Shown here in pieces: positions 1-9,264 of a stretch of 56,910 nucleotides of DNA; the stretch's first letter is position 1; every line of letters begins with the position of its first letter. The translations under genes were made by a program, and so were the position numbers. Source of the DNA: Fidelibacterota bacterium (GTDB lineage: Bacteria; Fidelibacterota; UBA2242); assembly GCA_049975265.1 (NCBI GenBank), contig JBNGDF010000016.1, positions 1 to 56,910 of the forward strand, given 5' to 3'. The notes beneath the pieces were generated by a model that did not search any database, was not told the DNA's origin, and saw nothing but the letters and a program-made list of their open reading frames with translations.

Positions 1-3
1 GTT

Positions 4-258
4 GTGCAAAGAACCACTGTTAGAAAAAGTGTAACCCATGTTATGCTACGTAACAGTTATGAGAAATCCAGTACTATTATTACTTCCAATAAGGCATTTA
101 CCGACTGGACCGAAATGTTCCATGACCCCGTCATCGTAACGGCAATATTGGATCGTCTGTTGCATCATAGCGTTGTGATTAATATCCGTGGAAACAGCTA
201 TAGATTGAAAGAAAAAGTAGAAAAGGAAATTGTTAATATGAAAAAATCAGAGGGCTAA
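4..258 (+). pseudogene. istB: C-terminal fragment of IS21-family helper ATPase IstB
   Basis: YEKSSTIITSNKAFTDW…DPVIVTAILDRLLHHSVVINIRGNSYRLK is the typical IstB C-terminus. Residues upstream of ~nt 56 do not look like IstB, and no Walker A/B motifs lie in the window. Confidence 0.85.
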
Positions 259-311
259 AGTGGTACACTTTTCACGACCACTTTTGGTACACTTCCTCAC
301 GACCCTTGACA
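56..311 (+). mobile_element. Right end of an IS21-family insertion sequence
   Basis: The istB tail is followed by two subterminal direct repeats and a terminal …TTGACA (306-311). IS21-family ends carry repeated transposase sites and end in CA. Confidence 0.8.
261..304 (+). repeat. IS21 subterminal direct repeats
   Basis: TGGTACACTTTTCACGACC (261-279) and TGGTACACTTCCTCACGACC (285-304). Confidence 0.85.
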
Positions 312-409
312 ATGTCAAGAAAAAAGAGATCATAAACCGGATTTACAGCATAATCCCGTGAATAATCTATGTAAACATAAAAACCGGGAATCCTATATAA
401 TTTTTTGAA

Positions 410-473
410 CCAAGACCTTCGGAAAACCGCTACCCTTAGCCCTTCGCCCGTTTACTGACCTTCCGAAGGTTGG
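410..473. repeat. REP-like imperfect inverted repeat
   Basis: ACCTTCGGAA (415-424) pairs with TTCCGAAGGT (461-470). The core ACCTTCCGAAGG recurs at 30252-30263. Confidence 0.5.
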
Positions 474-491
474 AATGAAGTTTTGAATTTT

Positions 492-1526
492 TTATTTGAA
501 ACTTCGCTCAATCAGGTGGCGGAGTTTTGCATAGATCTGTTCCGGTGTGATGTTTCGCATGCAGCGGAAATGCTGTTGGGGGCATTTTTCGTGACCGATG
601 TGGGAACAGGGGCGGCAGGTCACCGAATTGTCTTCCATGATTTCAGCGCGGGGATTTTCCGGGTAAAAGCCGAATTGCCGGACGGTGCTGCCGAAGATGG
701 CGATCTGGGGTTTGCCCAGCAGGGCGGCGATATGCATGGGGGCGGAGTCGTTGCTGATGGTCAGGTGGCAGAGTGACACCAGGGTGAAGTTTTCGCTGAG
801 GGTGTATTTACCGCTGGTGTCGGTAATCTGGTGGGGAGCGATGGCGGCTAGGCGCTGATTGTCCGCCGCTTCCGCCCGACTGCCGCCGAGAATGACGGCA
901 TAATCGGTTTCTCCCAGGATCAGGGTGATCAGTTTTTGATAGTATTCCGGGAGCCAGCGTTTGGTGAAATGCCGGGCGCCGGGATAGATGAGAATTGAGC
1001 GACGCTGCTCCGCCAGCGCCGGGATGTCGGCTTTCAGCCGGGCAATGACGCCGGGATCGTGCCGGGGGTCGGTAATCCGGAAAACGGCGCCGCCGGGGTT
1101 CAGTGGAATTATGCTGAGATAGCGTCGCCATACCGGCGGGTAGTGAAAGACATTCCAGCGCCATTTCACGAAGCAGAAGCGCCGGAGGTGATGTTTGGCA
1201 AAACGCCGGACTGAACCCTTTTGCAGCAGGGTCAGTTGCAGGGTGCGCAGGTTGTTTTGCAGATCGATGATCAGCGGGTATTGCTGTTCCCGGATTATCC
1301 GCCGGATGCGCCGGTTTTCGCTGCCGGTTTTGGATTTGTCATAAGCAATAATATTCCGCAGCAGATGGCGTACCGGCGTTAGCACGTCCTGATATTCCCG
1401 GGCGATGACAAAATCAATGGCGGTGTCAGGATAGCTACGCTTCAGCTCCTGAATTGTGGGCAGAGTCAGCAGAATATCGCCGATGGAGGAGAGTCGAATC
1501 AGCAGAATCTGGGAAGGGGTTTCCAT
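492..1526 (-). CDS. Glycosyltransferase family 9 (LPS heptosyltransferase, WaaF/WaaC-like)
   Basis: ILLIRLSSIGDILL at the N-terminus, PGA…KRW, ISNDSAPMHIAA, IFGST, CRPC…C. Confidence 0.9.
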   Translation of the reverse strand: METPSQILLIRLSSIGDILLTLPTIQELKRSYPDTAIDFVIAREYQDVLTPVRHLLRNIIAYDKSKTGSENRRIRRIIREQQYPLIIDLQNNLRTLQLTLLQKGSVRRFAKHHLRRFCFVKWRWNVFHYPPVWRRYLSIIPLNPGGAVFRITDPRHDPGVIARLKADIPALAEQRRSILIYPGARHFTKRWLPEYYQKLITLILGETDYAVILGGSRAEAADNQRLAAIAPHQITDTSGKYTLSENFTLVSLCHLTISNDSAPMHIAALLGKPQIAIFGSTVRQFGFYPENPRAEIMEDNSVTCRPCSHIGHEKCPQQHFRCMRNITPEQIYAKLRHLIERSFK

Positions 1527-1537
1527 GGCGTGTCGGG

Positions 1538-2428
1538 TTACTGCAGGTCGAGGATATATTTATGCAGGGTCGGGACGGTTTCGGCGTGATTCCCCCGGAT
1601 ATCGAATCCCTGACCACCGAGCACCTGCGGCCACTCCACGATGCGGGTGCGGGGGCGGTACATGTTCAGGAAATCGAAATTGGCGGTGGTGAAATTGCGC
1701 ACGTCGTAATTCAGGTTCCGCACTATGGTTAGGGCTTTCAGAAAGACCTCCGGCAGGTTGACCGCCGAACCGATATTCAGGAGGACGCCGCCGGTCAGGC
1801 GGGCGACGCTTTCGATCAGGCGCTGAAAGTCGATGAAGGAGGTTTTGCCCAGGGCTGCGCCGTCGCAGTCGGGGTGCTGATGGATAATATCGCCGCCGAT
1901 GGCAATATGGACGGTGCCGGGGATGTTCCGGATCATGGCATTGTAGAGGATATTCAGGTTTTTGTGGGGGAAGTCCAGTTCGGCGACCTTGCGCCCGATG
2001 GAGAGACCGTAACCTTCATTTTTTTTGTAGCCGCTGTTCAGGGCGGCGTTCATATAGGTCAGTGTCTCGGTCGCCATGCCGAAACTGCCGTCCTTCAGTC
2101 CGTTGGGTACGTCTTCGGAAGTGGCGCCGATCATGGCGATTTCGAAGTCGTGGATCGAGGCACCGCCGTTCATGGCGATGTGATCTATAATACCGCGACG
2201 GATCAGGTCAATCAGAAGCGCCGAGCAGCCGACCTTGACCACGGCGCCGCCGATCATGGCGATCACTTTTGCGTCGTTGGCTTTGGCGTCGGCGATCAGG
2301 CGTGCCAGCCGGCGGAGCTCTTCACTCTGCAGGTCAATGCCCGAATCCGGCGGAATCATGTCTTTGATGCTGAACTTGTTGCGACGCTCATTGATCGGGT
2401 GGGTTTTTATTTTACGGTAGTCAATCAC
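1538..2428 (-). CDS. Deoxyhypusine-synthase-like fold protein of unknown function (GSU2086-like)
   Basis: GGAVVKVG, AMNGGASIHDFEIA, TSEDV, HIAIGGDIIHQHP, NIGSAVNLPEVFLKAL; GTG start; 11 nt upstream of the GT9 gene. Confidence 0.65.
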   Translation of the reverse strand: MIDYRKIKTHPINERRNKFSIKDMIPPDSGIDLQSEELRRLARLIADAKANDAKVIAMIGGAVVKVGCSALLIDLIRRGIIDHIAMNGGASIHDFEIAMIGATSEDVPNGLKDGSFGMATETLTYMNAALNSGYKKNEGYGLSIGRKVAELDFPHKNLNILYNAMIRNIPGTVHIAIGGDIIHQHPDCDGAALGKTSFIDFQRLIESVARLTGGVLLNIGSAVNLPEVFLKALTIVRNLNYDVRNFTTANFDFLNMYRPRTRIVEWPQVLGGQGFDIRGNHAETVPTLHKYILDLQ

Positions 2429-2607
2429 ACTGTCCTTTCGGGCTTTAGTTGGTTATTAAAATAGAGAATTATTGGAAGTTTTCCAAGATGGTTATAGCGG
2501 GGCGGTTCGATGGTCGTTGCGGGCAGGCGGACGTGGACTGATGCCGGTGCAGGGTAACATTCCGGGTGGAATTATATCTAATAATAAATGTTATGAAAAG
2601 AAGAGAC

Positions 2608-4821
2608 ATGCTCAAAAAAGATAAAGTGGTTGTTGAGATTGGCGGAATGCACTGTGCTATGTGCGTCAGGACCGTGGAGCGGGCGCTGCGCGGGCTGGCG
2701 GGCATTTATGAAGCGAGTGTCAATCTGGCGACGGAGAAGGCGCAGCTTATCTATGATCCCGGACAGGTGACGTTGACCGATATTCGGAAAGCGATTGAGG
2801 CGACGGGCTACCGCTATCTCGGCAGTGACCGGGATTCCGGCGCAGCGGTTCAAAAAAAAAGCTCCGTTGAGGAGCTGAAAGAGCAGCGCCGGCGTTTTAC
2901 CCTGGGATTCGCGGTTGCCGTTCCGCTCATGTTGCTGATGTGGCTGCCCGTGCGGCTGCCGCAATACTGGTCCTTTCTGCTGTTTGGGGTGGTTTCGCCG
3001 GTCTTCTTTTATATCGGCTATCCTATCTTCAGGGCGGCGGTTCAGGCTTTGCGGCACCGGTCATTGAACATGGATGTCATGTACGCCATGGGGATGGGTG
3101 TAGCCTATATCTCCAGCGTTTTGGCGACCTTTGGAATCGGGCTGTCCCGGGAATTTATGTTCTATGAAACCGCCCTGATGCTGGCGACCTTTCTGACGCT
3201 GGGGCGTTATCTGGAAGCCCGGGCGAAAAGCAGGACGTCGGAGTCCATTCAGAAGCTGATCGAGCTCCAACCCCCATCAGCGACGGTTATCCGAAATAAT
3301 ATCGAGATGGGAATTCCGCTCGGTGAGGTGGTGGCGGGGGATACGGTTGTGGTGAAGCCGGGCGGGAAAATTCCGGTGGATGGGAAAGTGCTCAGCGGCA
3401 GCAGCTTTGTGAATGAAGCCATGCTCACCGGAGAGCCGGTTCCGGTGTTCAAGGAAAAGGGCTCAAAGGTGGTGGGCGGCACGGTGAACCAGGATGGGGC
3501 GTTTCAGTTCGTTGCCGAGAAGGTGGGCAAAGATACCATGCTGGCGCAGATCATTCGGACGGTTGAGGAGGCGCAGGGCTCGAAGCCGCCGGTGCAGCGG
3601 CTGGCAGACCGGGCGGTGAGCTGTTTCATTCCGGTGGTGCTGGCGATTGCCATTGCTGCGTTTCTTTTCTGGTTTTTAATTGCCGGTACCGGATTGCTGT
3701 TTGCCCTCACCACGCTGATCGCCGTGCTGGTGATTGCCTGTCCCTGTGCGCTGGGTCTGGCGACGCCGACGGCGGTGATGGTGGGAATCGGGCGCGGCGC
3801 CGAGCTGGGGGTGTTGATTAAAAATGGTGAGGTGCTGGAGACCGCCGGCAAACTAGATACCGTGGTATTCGATAAGACCGGCACATTGACCGAGGGCAAG
3901 CCGGAGGTGGCAACTGTCATTGTCTATGGGCTGGAGAATGATGAGGTGTTGCGGCTGGCGGCAAGCCTGGAGGCAAAATCCCAGCATCCGCTGGGCAAGG
4001 CGATTGTTCAGTATGTCCGGGGAAAAATGGTTGCTCTGGCGGAGGTGGACTCATTTCAGAATTTCGGCGGTAAAGGAATAACCGGGATGCTTGACGGGAA
4101 AAACCTGATTGCCGGTAACCGCAAACTATTCCGTGAAAAGAATATCCCTGTTCCGGAAAATGTCCTTACCGATCTGGCACGCTTTGAAAATGAGGGTCAT
4201 ACGGTGGTGATTGTCGGCATGGCAGAACAGATTATCGGGTTGATCGCCATTGCGGACCGGCTGAAGGAGTCCGCCCGGGCGACGGTTCAGGCGTTGCGGA
4301 AACGCGGTTTCGAGGTTGGATTGATCACCGGGGACAACTGGCACGCCGGGAATGCGATAGCCCGGGAGCTGGGGCTGGATTTCGTACAAGCCAATGTTCT
4401 GCCCGGCGGGAAGGCGGCGGAATTGCAGAAGTTGCAGGCGGATGACAAGGTCGTTGCCTTTGTAGGAGACGGCGTTAATGACGCACCGGCGCTGACCCGG
4501 GCGGATATCGGGATTGCCATGGCGCAAGGAACCGATATAACGGTGGAAAGTGGCGCCGTGGTGCTGATGTTCGATGATCTGACCGCGGTGGTGACGGCGA
4601 TTGATCTCAGCCGCAAAGTCCTGCGCCGGATTCGCCAGAACCTCTTCTGGGCGTTTGCCTATAATGCGGCGCTGATTCCGGTGGCGGCGGGCATCCTCTA
4701 CCCGCTGTTCGGAATTGTCTTCAAGCCGGAACTGGGCGGTCTGGCAATGGCGCTGAGTTCGGTGACAGTGATCAGCCTGTCACTGCTGCTGAAACGGTTC
4801 AAGCCGGAGCTGACCGGGTAA
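2608..4821 (+). CDS. copA: Cu(I)-translocating P1B-type ATPase
   Basis: GMHCAMC HMA domain, [28 protein letters not shown] and MALSS motifs; start taken at ATG 2608 (alternative 2593). Confidence 0.95.
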   Translation: MLKKDKVVVEIGGMHCAMCVRTVERALRGLAGIYEASVNLATEKAQLIYDPGQVTLTDIRKAIEATGYRYLGSDRDSGAAVQKKSSVEELKEQRRRFTLGFAVAVPLMLLMWLPVRLPQYWSFLLFGVVSPVFFYIGYPIFRAAVQALRHRSLNMDVMYAMGMGVAYISSVLATFGIGLSREFMFYETALMLATFLTLGRYLEARAKSRTSESIQKLIELQPPSATVIRNNIEMGIPLGEVVAGDTVVVKPGGKIPVDGKVLSGSSFVNEAMLTGEPVPVFKEKGSKVVGGTVNQDGAFQFVAEKVGKDTMLAQIIRTVEEAQGSKPPVQRLADRAVSCFIPVVLAIAIAAFLFWFLIAGTGLLFALTTLIAVLVIACPCALGLATPTAVMVGIGRGAELGVLIKNGEVLETAGKLDTVVFDKTGTLTEGKPEVATVIVYGLENDEVLRLAASLEAKSQHPLGKAIVQYVRGKMVALAEVDSFQNFGGKGITGMLDGKNLIAGNRKLFREKNIPVPENVLTDLARFENEGHTVVIVGMAEQIIGLIAIADRLKESARATVQALRKRGFEVGLITGDNWHAGNAIARELGLDFVQANVLPGGKAAELQKLQADDKVVAFVGDGVNDAPALTRADIGIAMAQGTDITVESGAVVLMFDDLTAVVTAIDLSRKVLRRIRQNLFWAFAYNAALIPVAAGILYPLFGIVFKPELGGLAMALSSVTVISLSLLLKRFKPELTG

Positions 4822-4917
4822 AAAGAGAGAATCTCTTTTGGTTTGCTATGTTTAACAGGTGAATTCTGTCATTGATATTGTTATATTACCGACGTTTTTT
4901 ATAAATCCGGAGAGAAA

Positions 4918-5496
4918 ATGATGACCAAACCGCGCTGTGCCTGGACGGGTCAGGATCCGCTGATGATTGAATATCACGATCAGGAATGGGGTGTGCCCGT
5001 TCACGACGACCGGAAGTTGTTCGAATTCATGGTGCTGGACGCTTTTCAGGCGGGGCTGAGCTGGGCGACGATCTTGCGCAAGCGGGAGAATTTCCGGACG
5101 GCGCTGGATAATTTTCAGCCGGAGAAGATCGCCCGGTATGATGAGACAAAGATCGCAGAACTGATCCAAGACGCCGGTATTATCCGCAACAAAGCCAAAA
5201 TTAAGGCAACGGTGAACAATGCCCGGGCGTTTCTGCAGGTCCGGGCGGAATTCGGAACCTTTGATCAGTATATCTGGCGGTTTGTCGGCTATCAGCCGAT
5301 CGTCAACCGGTGGCAGACGGCGGCGGAAATTCCGGCGACGTCGCCGGAAGCCGAAGCCATGAGCGCAGATCTGAAAAAGCGGGGGTTCGGCTTTGCGGGA
5401 CCCACGATCTGCTACGCCTTCATGCAGGCGGCGGGCATGGTGAACGATCATGAAGTCGGCTGTTTTCGGTATGCGGAAATTCAACCGATAAGGTAA
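4918..5496 (+). CDS. tag: DNA-3-methyladenine glycosylase I
   Basis: RCAW, YHDQEWGVP, FQAGLSW, IIRNKAKI, GPTICYAFMQAAGMVNDH…C. Confidence 0.95.
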   Translation: MMTKPRCAWTGQDPLMIEYHDQEWGVPVHDDRKLFEFMVLDAFQAGLSWATILRKRENFRTALDNFQPEKIARYDETKIAELIQDAGIIRNKAKIKATVNNARAFLQVRAEFGTFDQYIWRFVGYQPIVNRWQTAAEIPATSPEAEAMSADLKKRGFGFAGPTICYAFMQAAGMVNDHEVGCFRYAEIQPIR

Positions 5497-5500
5497 TAAG

Positions 5501-6733
5501 ATGCAACCAGTACTGATTGTCGGAATCATTCTGACGACAGGTTTTTTGATGGGGGAGCTGGCGGCTAAGCTAACTCTTCCGAAGGTGACCGGCTATCTTC
5601 TTGCCGGTGTATTGTTGAATCCCGGATTGTCCCATTTTATTCCTGTAACATTTTCTGAAAATACCGATATCGTAACCAATATTTCGCTGGCGTTTATTAC
5701 TTTTTCGGTGGGTGGTACGCTGCGCTGGAAACGGATAAAGATACTGGGAAAGAGCATCGCCTATATCTCAGTATTTGCGGCACAATTAACTCTGGTAATT
5801 GTGGCAGCCGGCAGTCTGCTGCTGGTACCGCACCTGTTACCGGCGAGTCTGTCAGGATGGATAACGGTTTTTCTGCCTCTAAGTCTCCTGTTTGGTGTTT
5901 TAGCCGCCCCGACGGACCCTTCTGTGATTTTAGCGGTGGCGCATGAATTCAAAGTGCGGGGTGATGTGAAGGATACGGTATTGGGTGTCACGGCGGTGGA
6001 TGATGCGCTGGGTATTTTGAATTACAGTATAGTCGTTGCGATTGCGAGTGTGCTGATCAGCCGCCAGCCTTTCGGTATTGTCAATTCCATCCTCGATCCC
6101 CTGGTCCGGATCGTCGGTGCCGCCTGTATCGGTATCGGATTTGGTTATCTTTTTAACCGGATTACCCGTTGGATCAGGCGGGAGTCCGAAGGGGTTTTTA
6201 TTGTCATGCTGCTGGGTCTGATGTTTCTATGTTTCGGGCTGGCGAAGAGTTTGGCGTTTGATGAACTGCTGGCAACCATGATGATGGGATTAACGGTGGT
6301 GAATTTCAATCCGATTCAGGCAAAGATATTCAAAATTACGGAGCGGTATACAGAAGAGTTGATTTTTGTGCTGTTTTTTACAGTCAGTGGAATGCAGTTG
6401 CAATTCGGCGTTTTGCTGGATTATTTCTGGCTGGTACTCTGGTTTGTGCTGTTGCGGTTGATCGGAAAAGTGGTGGGCAGTTATCTGGGAGCGGTGGTTG
6501 CCAAAGCACCGTCGAAGGTAAAAAAATATACTGCCGGCGGTCTGATTCCACAGGGTGGTGTCGTCATCGGACTGGCTCTGATGGTGAAACAGACTGCGGC
6601 ATTTGCACCGTTTGCCGATATTTTACTGGGTGTTATCATCGGTGCGACGGTTATCCATGAATTGATCGGACCGCTGATTACGGAGTATTCCCTGAAAAGG
6701 GCCGGGGAATTGGAAGTGGAGCGTGATGTTTAA
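5501..6733 (+). CDS. Cation:proton antiporter (CPA2 / Na+/H+ exchanger family)
   Basis: LPKVTGYLLAG, APTDP, AVDDA, LFFTVSG, PQGGVVIG; about 12 hydrophobic segments. Confidence 0.85.
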   Translation: MQPVLIVGIILTTGFLMGELAAKLTLPKVTGYLLAGVLLNPGLSHFIPVTFSENTDIVTNISLAFITFSVGGTLRWKRIKILGKSIAYISVFAAQLTLVIVAAGSLLLVPHLLPASLSGWITVFLPLSLLFGVLAAPTDPSVILAVAHEFKVRGDVKDTVLGVTAVDDALGILNYSIVVAIASVLISRQPFGIVNSILDPLVRIVGAACIGIGFGYLFNRITRWIRRESEGVFIVMLLGLMFLCFGLAKSLAFDELLATMMMGLTVVNFNPIQAKIFKITERYTEELIFVLFFTVSGMQLQFGVLLDYFWLVLWFVLLRLIGKVVGSYLGAVVAKAPSKVKKYTAGGLIPQGGVVIGLALMVKQTAAFAPFADILLGVIIGATVIHELIGPLITEYSLKRAGELEVERDV

Positions 6734-7634
6734 ATTGCCGTTGAAATACATCCTTCTGGCGGTTTTTGCCTGTCTGCTCTGGTCGACGGCGTTTGTGGGA
6801 GTAAAGATCGGGCTGCAGTATGCGCCGCCCTTCGGTTTTGCCGGAATTCGCTTTTTTCTGAGCGGTCTGATCCTGGTTCCCTTTATCGGGAGGCGGCGCA
6901 ACCTGGCGGTTTTGCGCACCCACTGGCGCTGGATCGTACTGCTGGGATTTATCCAGACTTTTGTGAATTATGCGCTGTTTTATTTTGGAATGACGTTGGT
7001 ATCCGGCGCTCTGGCGGCGATTGTGATCGGCTCTCAGCCACTGATCTTTGCTCTGGTAGCCCACGTACTGATGAAGGATGATAAAATTACACTGCCAAAG
7101 CTGGTCAGTATGCTGATCGGTTTCATCGGGGTGGCGATTATCGGAATCAGCCGGCAGCCGTGGCAGGCAGCCGGGCTGGTGGAATTCGGCGGAGTGCTGT
7201 TTTTACTGGCAGCCAGCACGGTGGCGGCAATCGGAAATGTGATGATTTCCAAAAACAACGCCCCGATTCCGCCGGTGGTGCTGAATTCCTTTCAGCTGAT
7301 CATCGGCGGTTTTCTCTTGATGCTGCTTGCGTTGATTGTCGAAGGGAACCCCTTTCAGCGTTATCCGGCGGACTATTACATGGCGCTGGCTTATCTGGTG
7401 GTATTATCGGCGGCGGCGCTGTCAATCTGGTTTTATCTGCTCAGGAAACCGGGCGTGAAGGTCTCCTCCCTGAATCTCTGGAAGTTCATCATTCCGGTGT
7501 TTGGTGCAGTGCTGGCGTGGAGCATCTTGCCGGATGAGCAACCCGAGCCGGCAGCGATTCTGGGGATGGTCTTTGTCGCCCTCTCGATTCTCTCCTTCAA
7601 CCTCTGTAATCTGGTCAGTAAAAGTTGCGATTAA
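6723..7634 (+). CDS. DMT/EamA family transporter
   Basis: ACLLWSTAFVGVKIGL…P…FAGIRF; two EamA halves. Confidence 0.85.
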   Translation: MMFKLPLKYILLAVFACLLWSTAFVGVKIGLQYAPPFGFAGIRFFLSGLILVPFIGRRRNLAVLRTHWRWIVLLGFIQTFVNYALFYFGMTLVSGALAAIVIGSQPLIFALVAHVLMKDDKITLPKLVSMLIGFIGVAIIGISRQPWQAAGLVEFGGVLFLLAASTVAAIGNVMISKNNAPIPPVVLNSFQLIIGGFLLMLLALIVEGNPFQRYPADYYMALAYLVVLSAAALSIWFYLLRKPGVKVSSLNLWKFIIPVFGAVLAWSILPDEQPEPAAILGMVFVALSILSFNLCNLVSKSCD

Positions 7635-7724
7635 TTGCATCAGTGGATTGAAAACTGTTTTTTTTCCTGCTCCGATTACCATAAATTCAAGCCGATATGC
7701 AGCAACAATATTGGAGAGATGCAG

Positions 7725-8198
7725 ATGGACAGACAGCAGTTCGAGAGTGTCCTGGATTTTGCCATTGAGCGGGAGAGAGAGGCGGTCAAATTTTACAACG
7801 ATTTGATCAAAAGGGCGAAATCCTTCGACATTATGGAGGCAATCCGGTCCATTGAGCTGATGGAGCGGGAGCATATCCGGACCATTGAGAACTTGAAAAA
7901 TCAAGAGATAGAGGACATCGTTATTCAGCCGGTGGATGATCTGAAAATCGGTGAGTATCTCATTTTACCGCAGAATGAGCCGACGGGCGAGTATCAGGAC
8001 CTGCTTGTTACGGCAATGAAACGAGAGGAGCTCTCCTATAGTCTCTACCGGACGCTGGCGGAAGAGATGGATGATCCGGCGCTTCAGAAACTGTTTCAAA
8101 AACTGGCTTCCGAAGAGGCAAAACACAAACTGACCTTTGAAAAGCTCTACGATTCGGACATTTTGAAGGAAAATTTATCCGGTCAGGGACGGGTGTAA
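7725..8198 (+). CDS. Ferritin-like/rubrerythrin family protein
   Basis: FAIEREREAVKFY…EREH and AMKREE…Y…EEAKH di-iron motifs; GGAG at 7713-7716 favours ATG 7725 over the ORF-track start. Confidence 0.85.
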   Translation: MDRQQFESVLDFAIEREREAVKFYNDLIKRAKSFDIMEAIRSIELMEREHIRTIENLKNQEIEDIVIQPVDDLKIGEYLILPQNEPTGEYQDLLVTAMKREELSYSLYRTLAEEMDDPALQKLFQKLASEEAKHKLTFEKLYDSDILKENLSGQGRV

Positions 8199-8253
8199 TG
8201 AATCCAAATAGTAAACGAGGCGGCATCAATTTTATGGAAAACCGGCGGAGTGA

Positions 8254-9222
8254 ATGATGGATCAGCTTTTTCAAATCATCGAGAATTCTATCGGCATGAG
8301 CCGCGCGGGTCAGGTGAGATTTTTTAATACGATCATCATCATTCTGGTATTATGGTTGATCCGATTCGTCCTGCGGCGGATTATTTACCGGCAGACCGAG
8401 GATGTCAAGACACGCTATGTCTGGATGAAGACCATCACCTATGTGACGGTTCTGCTGGGTCTGATCATGATCGGGAGCGTCTGGTTCAAGGGATTCAAGG
8501 AGCTGGGAACGTATCTCGGCTTGTTGTCCGCCGGGATTGCGATTGCCCTGAAAGATCCGCTGACCAACATCGCCGGCTGGCTGTTTATTATGTTCCGGCG
8601 AACCTTTACGGTGGGCGATCGGGTTCAGATCGGTGAAAAAGCCGGGGATGTGATTGATATCCGTATATTTCAATTTATTTTACTGGAAATCGGCAACTGG
8701 GTGGATGCCGATCAGAGCACCGGGCGAGTGATTTACATCCCCAACGGACAGATATTCACCATGCCCGTAGCCAATTACAGTAAGGGCTTTCAGTATATCT
8801 GGGACGAGGTGAATGTACTGGTAACCTTTGAAAGCGACTGGAAAAAGGCGAAGGATATTATGCTGGAAATCGCCAAAAAGAACGCCGAGCACCTCAGTAA
8901 ATCGGCTGAGCGGAGGGTTAGAGAGGCGAGCAAAAAGTATATGATATTCTATAAGAATCTCACCCCTACCGTCTATACGGCGGTGAAGGACTCCGGCGTT
9001 CAGCTGACGATTCGTTATCTCTGCGAACCGAAAAACCGGCGCGGTACACAACATGCAATCTGGGAGGAGATTCTGGAGAATTTTACCCGGGAGAAAAAGA
9101 TTGATTTTGCTTATCCGACGACCCGTTTTTACGACAATACCACCGAAGGAAAGCAGGTCCGGCAAGCACCTTCCGGCACACGGAGGTCTGTAAAAACAAC
9201 GGATAAGCAAAAGCGGCAGTAA
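8254..9222 (+). CDS. Small-conductance mechanosensitive channel (MscS family)
   Basis: GLLSAGIAIALKDPLTNIAG, FTVGDRVQIG…GDVIDI, IPNG, FAYPT. Confidence 0.9.
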   Translation: MMDQLFQIIENSIGMSRAGQVRFFNTIIIILVLWLIRFVLRRIIYRQTEDVKTRYVWMKTITYVTVLLGLIMIGSVWFKGFKELGTYLGLLSAGIAIALKDPLTNIAGWLFIMFRRTFTVGDRVQIGEKAGDVIDIRIFQFILLEIGNWVDADQSTGRVIYIPNGQIFTMPVANYSKGFQYIWDEVNVLVTFESDWKKAKDIMLEIAKKNAEHLSKSAERRVREASKKYMIFYKNLTPTVYTAVKDSGVQLTIRYLCEPKNRRGTQHAIWEEILENFTREKKIDFAYPTTRFYDNTTEGKQVRQAPSGTRRSVKTTDKQKRQ

Positions 9223-9264
9223 ATCCGCGTCCCGGTTTGATATCTTCTGAAGGGGAAAAAACCA

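Noticed and set aside
261..304. Two ~20-nt direct repeats as a mini CRISPR array
   Set aside because: Only two copies 5 nt apart, no cas genes, and they are explained as IS21 subterminal repeats.
2852..2860. A9 run in copA (and A8 at the speB start) as phase-variation tracts
   Set aside because: Both are in frame, encode Lys runs in housekeeping genes and show no sign of slippage.
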